Below the pieces are notes generated by a model that saw only the letters and a program-made list of their open reading frames with translations, was not told the origin of the DNA and searched no databases. The position numbers were made by a program, and so were the translations under genes. A stretch of 64,000 nt of DNA from Alphaproteobacteria bacterium (GTDB lineage Bacteria; Pseudomonadota; Alphaproteobacteria; UBA828), in the NCBI GenBank assembly GCA_965237415.1, contig CBDEFM010000002.1, positions 1,952,001-2,016,000 of the forward strand, given 5' to 3'. This document shows, in pieces, positions 9,386 to 19,552 of the stretch (its first letter is position 1; every line of letters begins with the position of its first letter).

Positions 9386-10383
9386 TGGCGGAGCGCCTGC
9401 TCGAGGTCTCCAACCTCGTGAAGCATTTTCCGATGGGTCGCCGTCAGACCGTCAAGGCGATCAATGACGTCTCGTTCCACATCGATCGGGGCGAAACCCT
9501 GGCTCTGGTGGGTGAGAGCGGCTCCGGCAAGACCACGGTGGGCCGGTGCATCCTGCGCCTGATCGAGCCCACCGAAGGTCGGATCACCTTTGCCGGCGCG
9601 CAAGTCGATACCATGTCGGCAAACCAGCTTCGTGCGCTCAGGCCGCGGGTGCAGATGGTCTTCCAGGAACCCTACGACTCGCTCAACCCGCGCATGAGAA
9701 TCCGGAAGATCGTCGAGGAGCCGATCCTCCTCGGCGGCGACATGACGCCGGTACAGCGCCACGATCGGGTCGCCGAGGTGCTTGAGATGGTGCGCCTCGG
9801 CGCTGACTCCATGGACAAGTATCCCCACCAATTCAGTGCCGGCGAGCAGCAACGCATCGGGATTGCCCGCGCCATCTCCACAGAGCCCGAGCTCGTGGTG
9901 CTGGACGAACCGACGTCAGCGCTCGACGTCTCCGTGCGCGCCGAGATTCTAGACCTGCTGACGGACCTTCAAGAAGACCTGGCGCTCTCCTATCTTCTGA
10001 TTTCGCACGACTTGACCGCGGTACGGCGCGTTTGCCACCGCGTGGCGATCATGTACCTCGGCAAGATCGTGGAGCGCGGCAATGCCGACGAGCTGTTCGA
10101 GCAGCCCCTGCATCCCCATAGCCGGGCGCTGCTTTCCTCGGTGCTCTACCCCGATCCGAGCGAGCAACTTTCGCGCTTCCTCCTGAGCGGCGAAATCCCG
10201 AGCCCGATCGACCTGCCCCCGGGTTGTCATCTCCACGGCCGCTGCCCCTGGGCTGTCGACACCTGCAACGATGCCTATCCCGATGCGGAGGAGCTGCTTC
10301 CCGGGCGCCACGTCGCGTGCTTCCGGGCGCGCGAAATGAATGCTCTGAACGGCGGTACGGCCGCCGAAAACCAAGACGCCTGA
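9385..10383 (+). CDS. Oligopeptide/dipeptide ABC ATPase (DppF/AppF-like)
   Basis: GESGSGKT, YPHQFSAGEQQR, LDEPTSALDVS, GCHLHGRCP; TGATG overlap with the upstream fragment. Confidence 0.92.
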   Translation: MAERLLEVSNLVKHFPMGRRQTVKAINDVSFHIDRGETLALVGESGSGKTTVGRCILRLIEPTEGRITFAGAQVDTMSANQLRALRPRVQMVFQEPYDSLNPRMRIRKIVEEPILLGGDMTPVQRHDRVAEVLEMVRLGADSMDKYPHQFSAGEQQRIGIARAISTEPELVVLDEPTSALDVSVRAEILDLLTDLQEDLALSYLLISHDLTAVRRVCHRVAIMYLGKIVERGNADELFEQPLHPHSRALLSSVLYPDPSEQLSRFLLSGEIPSPIDLPPGCHLHGRCPWAVDTCNDAYPDAEELLPGRHVACFRAREMNALNGGTAAENQDA

Positions 10384-10408
10384 CGTCGCGCGCGACCGAT
10401 CCCCTACG

Positions 10409-11854
10409 TCACGAACGGTTCCACACGCTCACCGGCGGATGCCGGCCGGCCCAGGGCTGTGCCTGCTCGAGCTGGCTCGCGAGCCTCAGAAGCACGTCCT
10501 CGCCACCCGAACGCGCACCCAGCTGGATACCGATCGGCAAGCCGTCGTCGGTCCAGTGGAGAGGCACGCTGATCGCCGGATGCCCCGAGACGTTGTAGAT
10601 CGATTGTGCCGTGTTGTAGGTCCAAAGCCGGTCGAAGAAGACCTCCGAATCGGCCATGTTAGCATCCAGATGGCCCAGCGGCGGCGGCGGGGTGGCCGTC
10701 GTGGGAGTCAGCCAGATGTCGTAATCCTCGAAGAACCGCGCGAACGCGCGGGTGATGCCGTTGATGTCATAGAGGGCACGCAGGAGATCGCTCGCAGACA
10801 GCGACCGGCCTCGTTCCATCAGGTAGAGGTTATTGCGCTCCAGATTGTCCGGCCCCGGCGTCCGCCCGACGGCGGCGGCGAGAGCTTCGATCGTCGGAGC
10901 CGAATGAGCCGCGAAGAGCGTCATGAAAATCTCGAGCAGGCGCTCGCGATCGTACCCCGGTTCGGCCGGCTCCACCTCGTGACCGAGCCCTTCGAGCAGC
11001 GTGGCCGCCCCTTCCATCGCGGCAATGCTCTCGGGGTGGGCGACCTTGCCGGGCGGCGTGCCGGGCGAGAAGCCGACCCGGAGCGGGCCGGGGTCCACAC
11101 CCACCTCTTCGATAAAGGGACGCGCCGGCGGCGGCGCGACGTAGGGGTCGCCCACGTCCGCGCCGGCCGTGCAATCCAGGATCAGCGCCGTATCCCGAAC
11201 CGTCCGGCTGACCACATGCTCGGCGACGAGGCCGTTCCACATCTCGCCCGCGTCGGGCCCGAGCGGGTTCCGTCCCCGCGTCGGCTTGAGACCGACCACG
11301 CCGCAGTTCGACGCCGGGCCGCGGATCGAGCCACCGCCGTCGCTCGCATGCGCTGCCGGCACGATCCCTGCCGCGACGGCCGCGGCCGAACCGCCGCTCG
11401 AGCCGCCCGTGCTATGGCCGAGGTTCCAGGGATTGCAGCTTGCACCGTAGGCGACGGGTTCGGTGGAGCCGTTCGAGCCGAGCTCCGGCGTGTTCGTCTT
11501 GCCGACAACAACGAGCCCAGCGCGCTTCCACCGCACCAGGATCTCGCTGTCGTAATCGCGGGTCCAGCCGTCGAGGAGGCGGCTGCCGCTGCTGGTGGGG
11601 ACGCCCGCGTAGGAGACGACGAGGTCCTTGAGTAGGATGGGCACGCCGGTGAGCGGCCCCTCGGGGAGCGGTGCGGCCACCGCGGCCCGCGCCTCGTCCG
11701 CCATCACGTTGACGACGGCGTTGAGCTCGCCATCCAGCGCGTCGATGGCCGCGAGCGCGTGCTCCACGAGCTCGCTCGCCGAGGCATCGCCGCGCCGGAC
11801 GAGTTCGGCAAGGGCGATCGCGTCGTGGTTCGCATAGTCGATCAGGGTCTGCAT
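10409..11854 (-). CDS. Amidase signature family enzyme
   Basis: [34 protein letters not shown]; RBS GAGGAGGGAG. Confidence 0.93.
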   Translation of the reverse strand: MQTLIDYANHDAIALAELVRRGDASASELVEHALAAIDALDGELNAVVNVMADEARAAVAAPLPEGPLTGVPILLKDLVVSYAGVPTSSGSRLLDGWTRDYDSEILVRWKRAGLVVVGKTNTPELGSNGSTEPVAYGASCNPWNLGHSTGGSSGGSAAAVAAGIVPAAHASDGGGSIRGPASNCGVVGLKPTRGRNPLGPDAGEMWNGLVAEHVVSRTVRDTALILDCTAGADVGDPYVAPPPARPFIEEVGVDPGPLRVGFSPGTPPGKVAHPESIAAMEGAATLLEGLGHEVEPAEPGYDRERLLEIFMTLFAAHSAPTIEALAAAVGRTPGPDNLERNNLYLMERGRSLSASDLLRALYDINGITRAFARFFEDYDIWLTPTTATPPPPLGHLDANMADSEVFFDRLWTYNTAQSIYNVSGHPAISVPLHWTDDGLPIGIQLGARSGGEDVLLRLASQLEQAQPWAGRHPPVSVWNRS

Positions 11855-11883
11855 GGCTCCCTCCTCTCGCCCTCTCGCGCCGC

Positions 11884-12699
11884 CTATTCGTACAGCAAAC
11901 AGGCGACCCGATGGTTGCCGCCCACGTCCATCAGCGGCGGCTCGCGCTCCGAGCAGACGGGCATCCGCTTCGGACAACGTGTGTGGAAATGGCACCCCTT
12001 GGACGGATCGATGGGGCTCGGCACGTCGCCCTCGATAGCGCCCTGACCCGCAATGTGCCGCTCGGTCGGCTCGGCCGAGGGAATGGATTCGAGCAGGGCC
12101 TGGGTGTAGGGGTGCAGCGGCTCATCGTAGAGGCGCTCGCTCTCCGCCAACTCCACGATCCTGCCGAGATACATCACGGCGGTCCGGTCGCAGACCCGCT
12201 TCACGACGCTGAGGTCGTGCGAGATGAAGATGTAGGTGAGCTGGTAGTCCTGCTGGAGCTCCAGCAGGAGCTGCAGGATCTGAGCACGGATCGACACATC
12301 GAGAGCGGAGACCGGCTCGTCGAAGATGATGAGCTTGGGGCGGAGGTGCAGCGCGCGGGCGATGGCGACGCGCTGGCACTGGCCGCCCGAGAACTCGTGA
12401 GGATAGCGGTCGTAGTCGGCCGCGCGCAGACCCACGACCTCCAAGAGCTCGCTGGCCTGCTGGATCCGTTCCAGGCGGTTGCCGATGCCGTGGTAGTAGA
12501 GCTGGATCGCGATATTCTCGCCCACCGTCATGCGCGGATTGAGTGAGGAGAGCGGGTCCTGAAAGACGATCTGCATCTCGCGCCTGAGCCGCCTCAGGTC
12601 GCCGCCCGAAGAGCCCAGAACGTCGACCCCGTCGAGCGTGACGCTGCCGCTGGTGGGCTCGATCAGACGCAAGATCAGCCGTGCCGTGGTGGACTTGCC
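11884..12699 (-). pseudogene. 5'-truncated oligopeptide ABC ATPase (DppF-like)
   Basis: Homology starts mid Walker A (GKSTTARLILRLIEPTSG), then YPHEFSGGQCQR, FDEPVSALD, GCHFHTRCP. Confidence 0.85.
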
Positions 12700-13697
12700 G
12701 GCGAGAGCATGCCGTACTCGGCCCGGCCCGTGCCGGCGAAGATCTCCCGCACCAGACTCTCGCGGTCGATGGCCATGTTCATGGCGCGGCGTACGCGCAC
12801 GTCCTGCAGGATCGGGTGCCTGTTGTTCAGATGAATGAACCAGATGAAGGGCACGTTCTCATTGATGGTGAGATGGAAGCCCTCATCGACCAGGTCCTGA
12901 ATGTCGTCCCAGGGCGGCGTGTTGGTCATGTCGATCTCGCCCGTGCGCAGCGCGTTAATGCGCGTCGCGGGGTCCTCGAGCGGGCGGAAAATAACCCGGT
13001 CGAGCTTCGCCTTGCGGCCCCAATAGTCCGGGTTGCGCTCGATGACCGTCTTCACGCCCTGCTCGCGCTCGACGAACTTGAAGGGCCCGGTGCCGATCGG
13101 GTTCAGCGCAACGCCTTCGTTCCCGAACGTCTCGACCGCAGTCGGGCTGATCATGAGCGGCTGGCCGTAGCTCTGGAGCCCCGAGCGGATCCATTCATAG
13201 TTGGGGGCGTTGAGCGTGACCTTGATCGTCATGTCGTCGATCGCTTCGACGTTCTCGATCCAGCGTGTGTAGGCGGCGACGAAGGCCTTCGACTTTGCGT
13301 AGAAGTGCGGCGAGGCTTCGTTCCAGAAGCGGTCGAAGTTGAACTTGGCTACGGCCGCATCGAACGGCGTGCCGTCGTGGAACTTGACGCCCTCGCGCAG
13401 GTAGAACGTGTATTCGAGACCGTCTTCCGAGATTTCCCAGCTCGTTGCGAGCGCCGGGATGAGCTCGGGCGTCGCTGCGTTAGGATCGGTCAGGTCTTCT
13501 TTCGCGAAGCTCTCGAATATCTGATACGTCACGTCGTAGGTGAGCCTCCCGCCGGTGGCGTGCGGGTCGAGGATGTCGGTCTCCGCAGGCATGCCCCAGA
13601 CCAGCGTGCCCTCGCCGCCCTCGGCGGCGGCGTCCTGGGCGGTGCCGACCAGCGCCACGGCACCCGCAATCGCAAGCGATGCCAGAGGAGGCCCCAA
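12700..13697 (-). pseudogene. 3'-truncated peptide/nickel-family ABC substrate-binding protein (SBP family 5); start unclear
   Basis: LDPH, PALATSWEIS, LREGVKFHDGTPFDA, PIGTGPFKF, DVRVRRAMNMAIDR; ends abruptly at EYGMLSP, joined to the ATPase fragment. Confidence 0.85.
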
Positions 13698-13850
13698 ACC
13701 GCCGCAGTGCCCGTTGGCTGTTCCGGTCTGGCTCGCTCCGGGGCGTCGTCGTGATAGGCGTGATATGGTGGGGAAGCGTGCGCCGCGCCGTGCAAGCGGG
13801 CGATATCTTTGGGCGCTCGACACGTTGCTGAACGCTGAGAGGACGAATCG

Positions 13851-14519
13851 ATGGAACTGTACGAGGCCATGCGCACGACATTCGCCTGCCGCGACTTTAC
13901 CGACGATCACCTGCCTGACGAGGTGATCTACGAGATGATCGAGAACGCCCGCTTTTCGCCGAGCGGGGGCAACCGTCAGGGCAACCGGGTCATCATCGTG
14001 CGCGACATGGCGACCAGGCAGCAGCTCTCCGACCTGACGGTGCCGGTGGCGAAGCGCTATCGCGCCCAGATGGACGCCGGCGAGAGTCCCTGGAACGCCT
14101 ACGTTCCGACCAAGCTCACGCCTGAGCAGATCGAGGCGACTCCGGCGCCGGCCATGCTGACCGAGCCGCTACTCAAGTCCTCCGTCGTGCTCGTCGTCTG
14201 CGTCGACCTCAAGGTCGTCGCCGCGACCGACCAGTATCTGGACCGCGTGGGTGTGATCGGCGGGGCCTCGATCTATCCCTTCGCCTGGAGCCTGCTGCTG
14301 GCGGCCCGGCAGAACGGGTTCGCCGGCACCATCACGACGCTCCCCATCGCCCACGAGCCCGAGATCAAGACGCTGCTCAACATCCCGGACGATCACGCGG
14401 TCTGCGCGGTCATGCCCTTCGGGCGCCCGGTCAAGCAGCTCACCAAGCTGAAGCGCCGCCCGGTGGAGGAGATCGCAACGCGCGAGCGCTTCGACGGCGA
14501 CGTCTTCGCGCAGGGCTGA
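13851..14519 (+). CDS. Nitroreductase family protein
   Basis: MELYEAMRTTFACRDF, ARFSPSGGNRQ, LLLAARQNG; RBS GAGGA. Confidence 0.9.
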   Translation: MELYEAMRTTFACRDFTDDHLPDEVIYEMIENARFSPSGGNRQGNRVIIVRDMATRQQLSDLTVPVAKRYRAQMDAGESPWNAYVPTKLTPEQIEATPAPAMLTEPLLKSSVVLVVCVDLKVVAATDQYLDRVGVIGGASIYPFAWSLLLAARQNGFAGTITTLPIAHEPEIKTLLNIPDDHAVCAVMPFGRPVKQLTKLKRRPVEEIATRERFDGDVFAQG

Positions 14520-14558
14520 CGCAGGACGCCTCGGCGCTAACGCAGGACGCAGACGCGA

Positions 14559-14592
14559 CGAGACCCCGCAGGCATTGCCTTGCGGGGTCTCG
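14559..14592. terminator. GC-rich hairpin between convergent nitroreductase and tRNA genes
   Basis: CGAGACCCCGCA...TGCGGGGTCTCG perfect 12-bp arms; no strong U-tract. Confidence 0.5.
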
Positions 14593-14630
14593 CTTCGACC
14601 GGCGGACCGCCTGCTCCGGCGGTCGGAAAC

Positions 14631-14706
14631 TGGCTCCCCGGGCCGGACTCGAACCAGCGACCCAGCGGTTAACAGCCGCTTGCTCTACCAACTGAGCTAC
14701 CGGGGA
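14631..14706 (-). tRNA. tRNA-Asn (GTT)
   Basis: TCCCCGGTAGCTCAGTTGGTAGAGCAAGCGGCTGTTAACCGCTGGGTCGCTGGTTCGAGTCCGGCCCGGGGAGCCA; 76-nt cloverleaf with encoded CCA. Confidence 0.97.
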
Positions 14707-14860
14707 TCATTCGTCGCCTCTTGGCCGCTCACCTCCCGGCCGAACGCCCATCTCGGCTCTATATAGCATCAAGAACGCCGCCATTCCAGACGCCCTACGT
14801 GCTGACCCTTAGTGGATCCGGCGTTCCCGGTGCCGGAGTTCTCGCGGTGCCAATACCGCT

Positions 14861-15547
14861 TCAGGCTGACACTGCAGCGGGGCGTGAGGGGCGAGTCTGT
14901 TCCAGCTCCTGAACAAGCTCTGCCGTGGTTCGGACCCGGCAATAGCCCCTGAAACCGTGCAGGGCTTCGCGGTGACGTTCGTCCGAATACGCGGCGCACG
15001 CGTCGTCGACCAAGGTCATCAGGAACCCGCGGTCGCAACCGTCACGAACGGCCGTTTCGACGCATTGGTCGGTCAGCATCCCCATGACCATCACGTACTC
15101 GATGCCGAGGTTGCGCAGCACGTACTCGCAGTTGGTCGAGTTGAACAGGCTCGAGGAGGTCTTGGGGATGACGATCTCGTCGTTTCCCGGACGCAACTCG
15201 TCGATGACCTCTGCTTCCCATGACCCCTTGGCGGCGAAGATCCCGGAAATCTTGTAGTCCAGGCTGCGGTCGCGGCCGTCCCGGGTCAGGCACTCGATCA
15301 CCGTGTAGATGACTTCGATACCGGCGTCGCGGCAGGCGGCGATCAGGCGTTGCCCGTTCGGGATGACGACGTCGCGAACCCGGTCGTAGAGGTACTGGCT
15401 GTTGGGGTTCTGTGTGGGCCTCTTTGCATTGTATTCGCCCTTCTGAAGATCGACGACGAGCAGAGCGGCCCGCTCGGGCTCGACCGCCCGCTGCCGAAAC
15501 GACACGTCGCCTTCCAGGGGAATTGCTTCGATTTCGCTGCGCTCCAT
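14861..15547 (-). CDS. Isochorismatase-family cysteine hydrolase
   Basis: ALLVVDLQ, IPKTSSSLF, GMLTDQCVETAVRD (Asp-Lys-Cys triad). Confidence 0.92.
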   Translation of the reverse strand: MERSEIEAIPLEGDVSFRQRAVEPERAALLVVDLQKGEYNAKRPTQNPNSQYLYDRVRDVVIPNGQRLIAACRDAGIEVIYTVIECLTRDGRDRSLDYKISGIFAAKGSWEAEVIDELRPGNDEIVIPKTSSSLFNSTNCEYVLRNLGIEYVMVMGMLTDQCVETAVRDGCDRGFLMTLVDDACAAYSDERHREALHGFRGYCRVRTTAELVQELEQTRPSRPAAVSA

Positions 15548-15643
15548 GTGTGTCGTCTCCCATTCTTGAGGCCGGGTCGCCCGCCTCTGTCCGATCACGA
15601 CGAAGGGCCGTACCGCGACCGCCGGCATGAATTCCTGGTTCCG

Positions 15644-16957
15644 TCAGTAAACCTGCACGTATCTCTCGCACATGCGCTCGGATCGCGACTCTGTGTAGAG
15701 CCGCATTTCGTGCCGTTTGAGCGCGGAATAGGCCTGCACCATCGTGGGCGTGAACCAGCTCTTCACGCTCTCGTCGATCTCGAACACGTCGAGAGCCTCT
15801 TCGAGCGAGGCGGGAAGCCTGCTGATTCCGAGCGCTCCTCTTTCGTCTTCGCTCAAATCGTCCGGTTCCCCATTCACCAGGGTCGGGCGTGGCAGCTTGT
15901 CGCGTATTCCCTGCAGGCCCGCGCGCACGATGACGCCGATGGCGAGGTAAGGGCTCGCGGTGGCATCGGTGAAGCGGAACTCGATGTTGAATGCGTCGCC
16001 GCGGTCCGCCGGATCGGGGGCCGGCGACGGGCAGATGCGAATGGCGGCCTCCCGATTCTGAACGCCGACCACGTCGTAGCCGCAGCTCCAGTGATGGGGG
16101 CCGAGGCGCAGATAGGAAATGGGGCTCGGTGCAGTCAGGGCGCAAAGGGCCGCGACGTGGCGCTGAACGCCCGCGACGAAGCTGGCGGCGACCGCGCTGA
16201 GCTCTCCCGGTGAATCGGCGTCGTAGGCAGCAGCGTTGCCGTCGGCATCCCAAAAGCTCATATGAAGGTGGCAGCCGTTGCCGACCGCATCCGGGGCCGG
16301 CTTGGGGGAGAATGTCGCGCGCAGCCCGCACTGGCGCGCGGCCTCGTGCACGACCTCGCGGGTGAGCACGACACGATCCGCGCCCGCGAGACCCGCAGCA
16401 GGCCCGCAGGTGATCTCGAATTGCCCCACGCCATACTCGGGCTCGAAGGTCTCGATCCCGGCTCCGGCGTCGATCAAGGCCGCCACACAAAGATCGGCGA
16501 ACGGCGCAATCCGACGCACCGCATCCAGCGAGAACGGGGCCGCCCAGCGCAGATCCTCGCCGAAGAGCGCGAACTCGTTCTCGTAGGCGATCTGCAGGTC
16601 GAAACCGGTTTCCGCCTTCAGATCCGCCAGCGCGGCGGCCAGGAAGCTGCGCGTGCAGCATTCCCACGGGCTCCCGTCCGGATTGAGACTGTCGCAGAGG
16701 ACCAGATGAAGGGGCGGATGCTCGGGCCGCAGTACAACTCGTCGCCGCGTCTCGTCATCGGGGGTCTGCCGTACCTCATCCATCGGCCCCCACGGGTTCT
16801 CGGCAATGTCCTCGAACGGAGTCATCGCCTGCCCTGCCAGCGCCCAACCGAGGCCGTGGGCCTTGCGGCGCTCATACTCCGCGATCGGTACGCCGCGGGT
16901 GCGCGAGAGCCCCACGAGGTCGTTCCAGACCAGATAGATCAGCTCGCCGCGGCTCAC
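15644..16957 (-). CDS. Glutamine synthetase-like protein (gamma-glutamylamide ligase type)
   Basis: EPEYGVGQFEI, GNGCHLHMS, SYLRL, QNREAAIR, IEFRFTDATASPYL; GTG start after GGAGG. Confidence 0.9.
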   Translation of the reverse strand: MSRGELIYLVWNDLVGLSRTRGVPIAEYERRKAHGLGWALAGQAMTPFEDIAENPWGPMDEVRQTPDDETRRRVVLRPEHPPLHLVLCDSLNPDGSPWECCTRSFLAAALADLKAETGFDLQIAYENEFALFGEDLRWAAPFSLDAVRRIAPFADLCVAALIDAGAGIETFEPEYGVGQFEITCGPAAGLAGADRVVLTREVVHEAARQCGLRATFSPKPAPDAVGNGCHLHMSFWDADGNAAAYDADSPGELSAVAASFVAGVQRHVAALCALTAPSPISYLRLGPHHWSCGYDVVGVQNREAAIRICPSPAPDPADRGDAFNIEFRFTDATASPYLAIGVIVRAGLQGIRDKLPRPTLVNGEPDDLSEDERGALGISRLPASLEEALDVFEIDESVKSWFTPTMVQAYSALKRHEMRLYTESRSERMCERYVQVY

Positions 16958-17137
16958 GGTCTTTGTTCCTCCGGACGCTGATGTATGACGTCTCCGAGGG
17001 TTGCGCCTGGATCGGTCATGGCTGCTCCGGCCGGTGTGCAATGGCTGTCGAACTAATAGAGATGTGTCGCAACGATGTAAAAGACCTCGGGTGTCGAGCC
17101 CACGTCCTTGCACCGCGAACGCGCCGAGGAATTCTGG

Positions 17138-17959
17138 CTAGTGCGCCATCAGGACCGGGACTGTCATCTCGCGCAAGACGTCGCGCGTCACGCCACCCAG
17201 CAGCTTCTCGCGCATTGGGTTATGACCGTAGCCACCCATGACGAGGAGGCCGATGCCGCAATCGCCGATCTCGGAGAGCAGGGCATCGCCGATGGCGATG
17301 CCAGACGAGGTCTGCGTGTGCCGGGCCTCCGCGCTGACGCCATGCCGAGCCAAGTGCGCGCCGATGTCGGCGCCCGGTATGTGCCTGCCGTCGTCCATGT
17401 CGACGCCGAAGACGATCACTTTGCGCGCCTGCTGCATCAGGGGCAGCGCACCGTCGAGTGCGTGCTTCGCTTCGCGCGTACCGTTCCAGGCGAGCATGAT
17501 GGTTGCCGCGTTGACGTCGAACTCGCCGGCATAGGGCCAGATCAGCACGGGGCCGCCTGCGCCCAGCACCGCGCTGTCCGCCAGCCCGCCGAGGCTGTCG
17601 TCATCCTTAGGGTCGGTTTGGCCGACGATGACAATGTCGGCATAGTGCGCACTCGTCACGATGGCATCGGCTAAATCGCCGGCCATAAGGCGCCATTCGC
17701 CGCGCACCGCCGTCCTCGCCGTCCGTTCGGCGAAGCGTTCTTCGGCCTCTTCGGCGAGCCTGCGCTCTTCCGTATCCAGCCGTTTCTGGATCTCTGGAGG
17801 GAATTCGCAGCGGATGAAGCCAGGGATGTTGCGTCGGGACAACACATAGACGCCGGTTACCCTGCCCTCATGACGTTGGGCCAACTGAATTGCGGCATTC
17901 AGCCGTGCCGCCGACCGGTTGTCCTTTCCAAGCTGCACCACGATGTCCTTGTACGCCAT
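17138..17959 (-). CDS. Universal stress protein (tandem USP domains)
   Basis: YADIVIVG, LAWNGTREA, LLVMGGYGH..LLGGVTRDVL..VPVLMAH. Confidence 0.92.
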   Translation of the reverse strand: MAYKDIVVQLGKDNRSAARLNAAIQLAQRHEGRVTGVYVLSRRNIPGFIRCEFPPEIQKRLDTEERRLAEEAEERFAERTARTAVRGEWRLMAGDLADAIVTSAHYADIVIVGQTDPKDDDSLGGLADSAVLGAGGPVLIWPYAGEFDVNAATIMLAWNGTREAKHALDGALPLMQQARKVIVFGVDMDDGRHIPGADIGAHLARHGVSAEARHTQTSSGIAIGDALLSEIGDCGIGLLVMGGYGHNPMREKLLGGVTRDVLREMTVPVLMAH

Positions 17960-18031
17960 GGCCTGGCCTCCTTCACCACACCGCCCATGCCCGAAGGCGT
18001 GGCGGCTCTCTCAGTTCAATCCTGGTGCCGT

Positions 18032-18973
18032 TCAGCACCGTCGGTCTGTCCATTCGATGTGATCCGGTAAAATTGGAGGGGCATCCGACGGGGCGCAGGC
18101 CGCGTCGATCTGAGAATCCGAGAGGTCGTACGCCTGACTGAGCCGGGCCCCGCCTATGTCTGCCCCGTCGAACAGCGCCCCCTGAAGCTCCGTTTCGCTG
18201 AAGTTGGTGTCGGACAGATCTGCTCCAGCAAAATTGGCATATGCGCCGTTTGCCGAGGTTATGATCGCCCCCTCCATCAGCGCATTCGAGAAGTTCGCAA
18301 CGAGAAACTCGGCGCCCGCTAGATTGGCTCGCTCCAGATCTGCCCCGTGAAGAACCGCGCCCACGAGGTCGGAATCGGCGAGGTTCGACTCGCAAAGATT
18401 TGCCTCTTCGAGATTTGCGCGCGTGAAGACCGCTCCGCTCAGATTCGCACCGAATAGATCGGCGCCGCTGAGGTCCGCCTCGATAAGGATCGCGTTCTCC
18501 AGATTGGCCCACCTCAAGTCCGCGCCAGCCAGAATGGCTCCACGGAGGTCCGCACCGCTAAGGTCAATCTCCTTCATTGCCACGCCGTCGCGCGCCAGCG
18601 CTTCGACACCCGCCTTCAGCGCTCGCGCTCCTTTCCCTTCCGGGAGCGCATAGGCTCGCGCGATCATCGCGAACAATGTCGCTTCGCGAACGCCGCGATC
18701 GATCGGTCGCTTCTCCATGTCCATGGTCACGCCGTAGATGCCAAACGCGAACAGCATGACGGCAGACAACTGAAGGAGGAATCGAAAACTGGCGATGTTG
18801 CCGTACAGGTAATAGTACCAACCGGTTGCGTATTCGAATCCGTACAAAGCGACTGCCATGGATGTCTTAAAACTATTTTTCCTTCGCCAGTTTCGTGGCC
18901 AATTTGGCCTCGTTTCACCTGGCTTCGTGCGCACACGGTTGCCCGTGTTCTCTATGTCAGCCGGTTTCTCCAT
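18032..18973 (-). CDS. Membrane-anchored pentapeptide repeat protein (start uncertain)
   Basis: Hydrophobic segment FLLQLSAVMLFAFGIYGV followed by a long A[D/N]Lxx array (ADLRG AILAG ADLRW ANLEN...). Confidence 0.85.
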   Translation of the reverse strand: MEKPADIENTGNRVRTKPGETRPNWPRNWRRKNSFKTSMAVALYGFEYATGWYYYLYGNIASFRFLLQLSAVMLFAFGIYGVTMDMEKRPIDRGVREATLFAMIARAYALPEGKGARALKAGVEALARDGVAMKEIDLSGADLRGAILAGADLRWANLENAILIEADLSGADLFGANLSGAVFTRANLEEANLCESNLADSDLVGAVLHGADLERANLAGAEFLVANFSNALMEGAIITSANGAYANFAGADLSDTNFSETELQGALFDGADIGGARLSQAYDLSDSQIDAACAPSDAPPILPDHIEWTDRRC

Positions 18974-19530
18974 CGGATTTGCGCATGGGCAGCATGGGCC
19001 GGGCCGGCGCGGACGCGTATGGCGTTCGCTACACGCCGCCCGAAAATCGGTTTCGAATGCCGCCACACCCTCATGTGCCGTGCGCCCTTCTCATGCTCTC
19101 TTACCGTGAGATGGTGGCAGGTGGGCACCGCCGCAAGGGCGGGCAGCCACCGCAGAGAGCCACACCCACTGTTCGGCCCGCAGGGACGTACGAGCCTCAA
19201 GAGCGGAGGGCGCGCCGAAACTCATCGGCCGCGCGCAACCATGCCCAAGGCGCTTCCACCAGGACTCACGCGCCGATTGACGCACGGGCTCCGCAGGTTG
19301 CGTACCCGCGCGCCGAGCGGCTTCGGGCCTTGAGCGTGTCGGCGGCGACGTTCTCGGGCAACCATGGGCACCGCGCATCCCGGCGCTCCAGCCCGTCCTG
19401 AAGCATCTGCGTCTTGCGGTCCCGCGGCGACGTCGCTCGGCTCACCGCGATGTCGCCTCGCGGAGACGCCGGGCCGGGCAACGCCTGTACCGCCTACTCC
19501 CGAATCATCAAATGCTGGTGACGCAGTCCA

Positions 19531-19552
19531 AAATGTGGTTGACACCACAATT
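19531..19552. promoter_or_regulatory. Palindromic operator overlapping a TTGACA -35 element
   Basis: AAATGTGGT-TGAC-ACCACAATT; GntR/FadR-like TGGT..ACCA core; TTGACA at 19539-19544. Confidence 0.5.

Noticed and set aside
14631-14660. att site / integrative element at tRNA-Asn
   Set aside because: No duplicate of the tRNA 3' end and no integrase noticed in the window (manual scan only).
19112-19190. tRNA/tmRNA call from the CCACCA end
   Set aside because: No T-loop (TTCRA), D-loop or acceptor-stem pairing could be built, and no tag reading frame.
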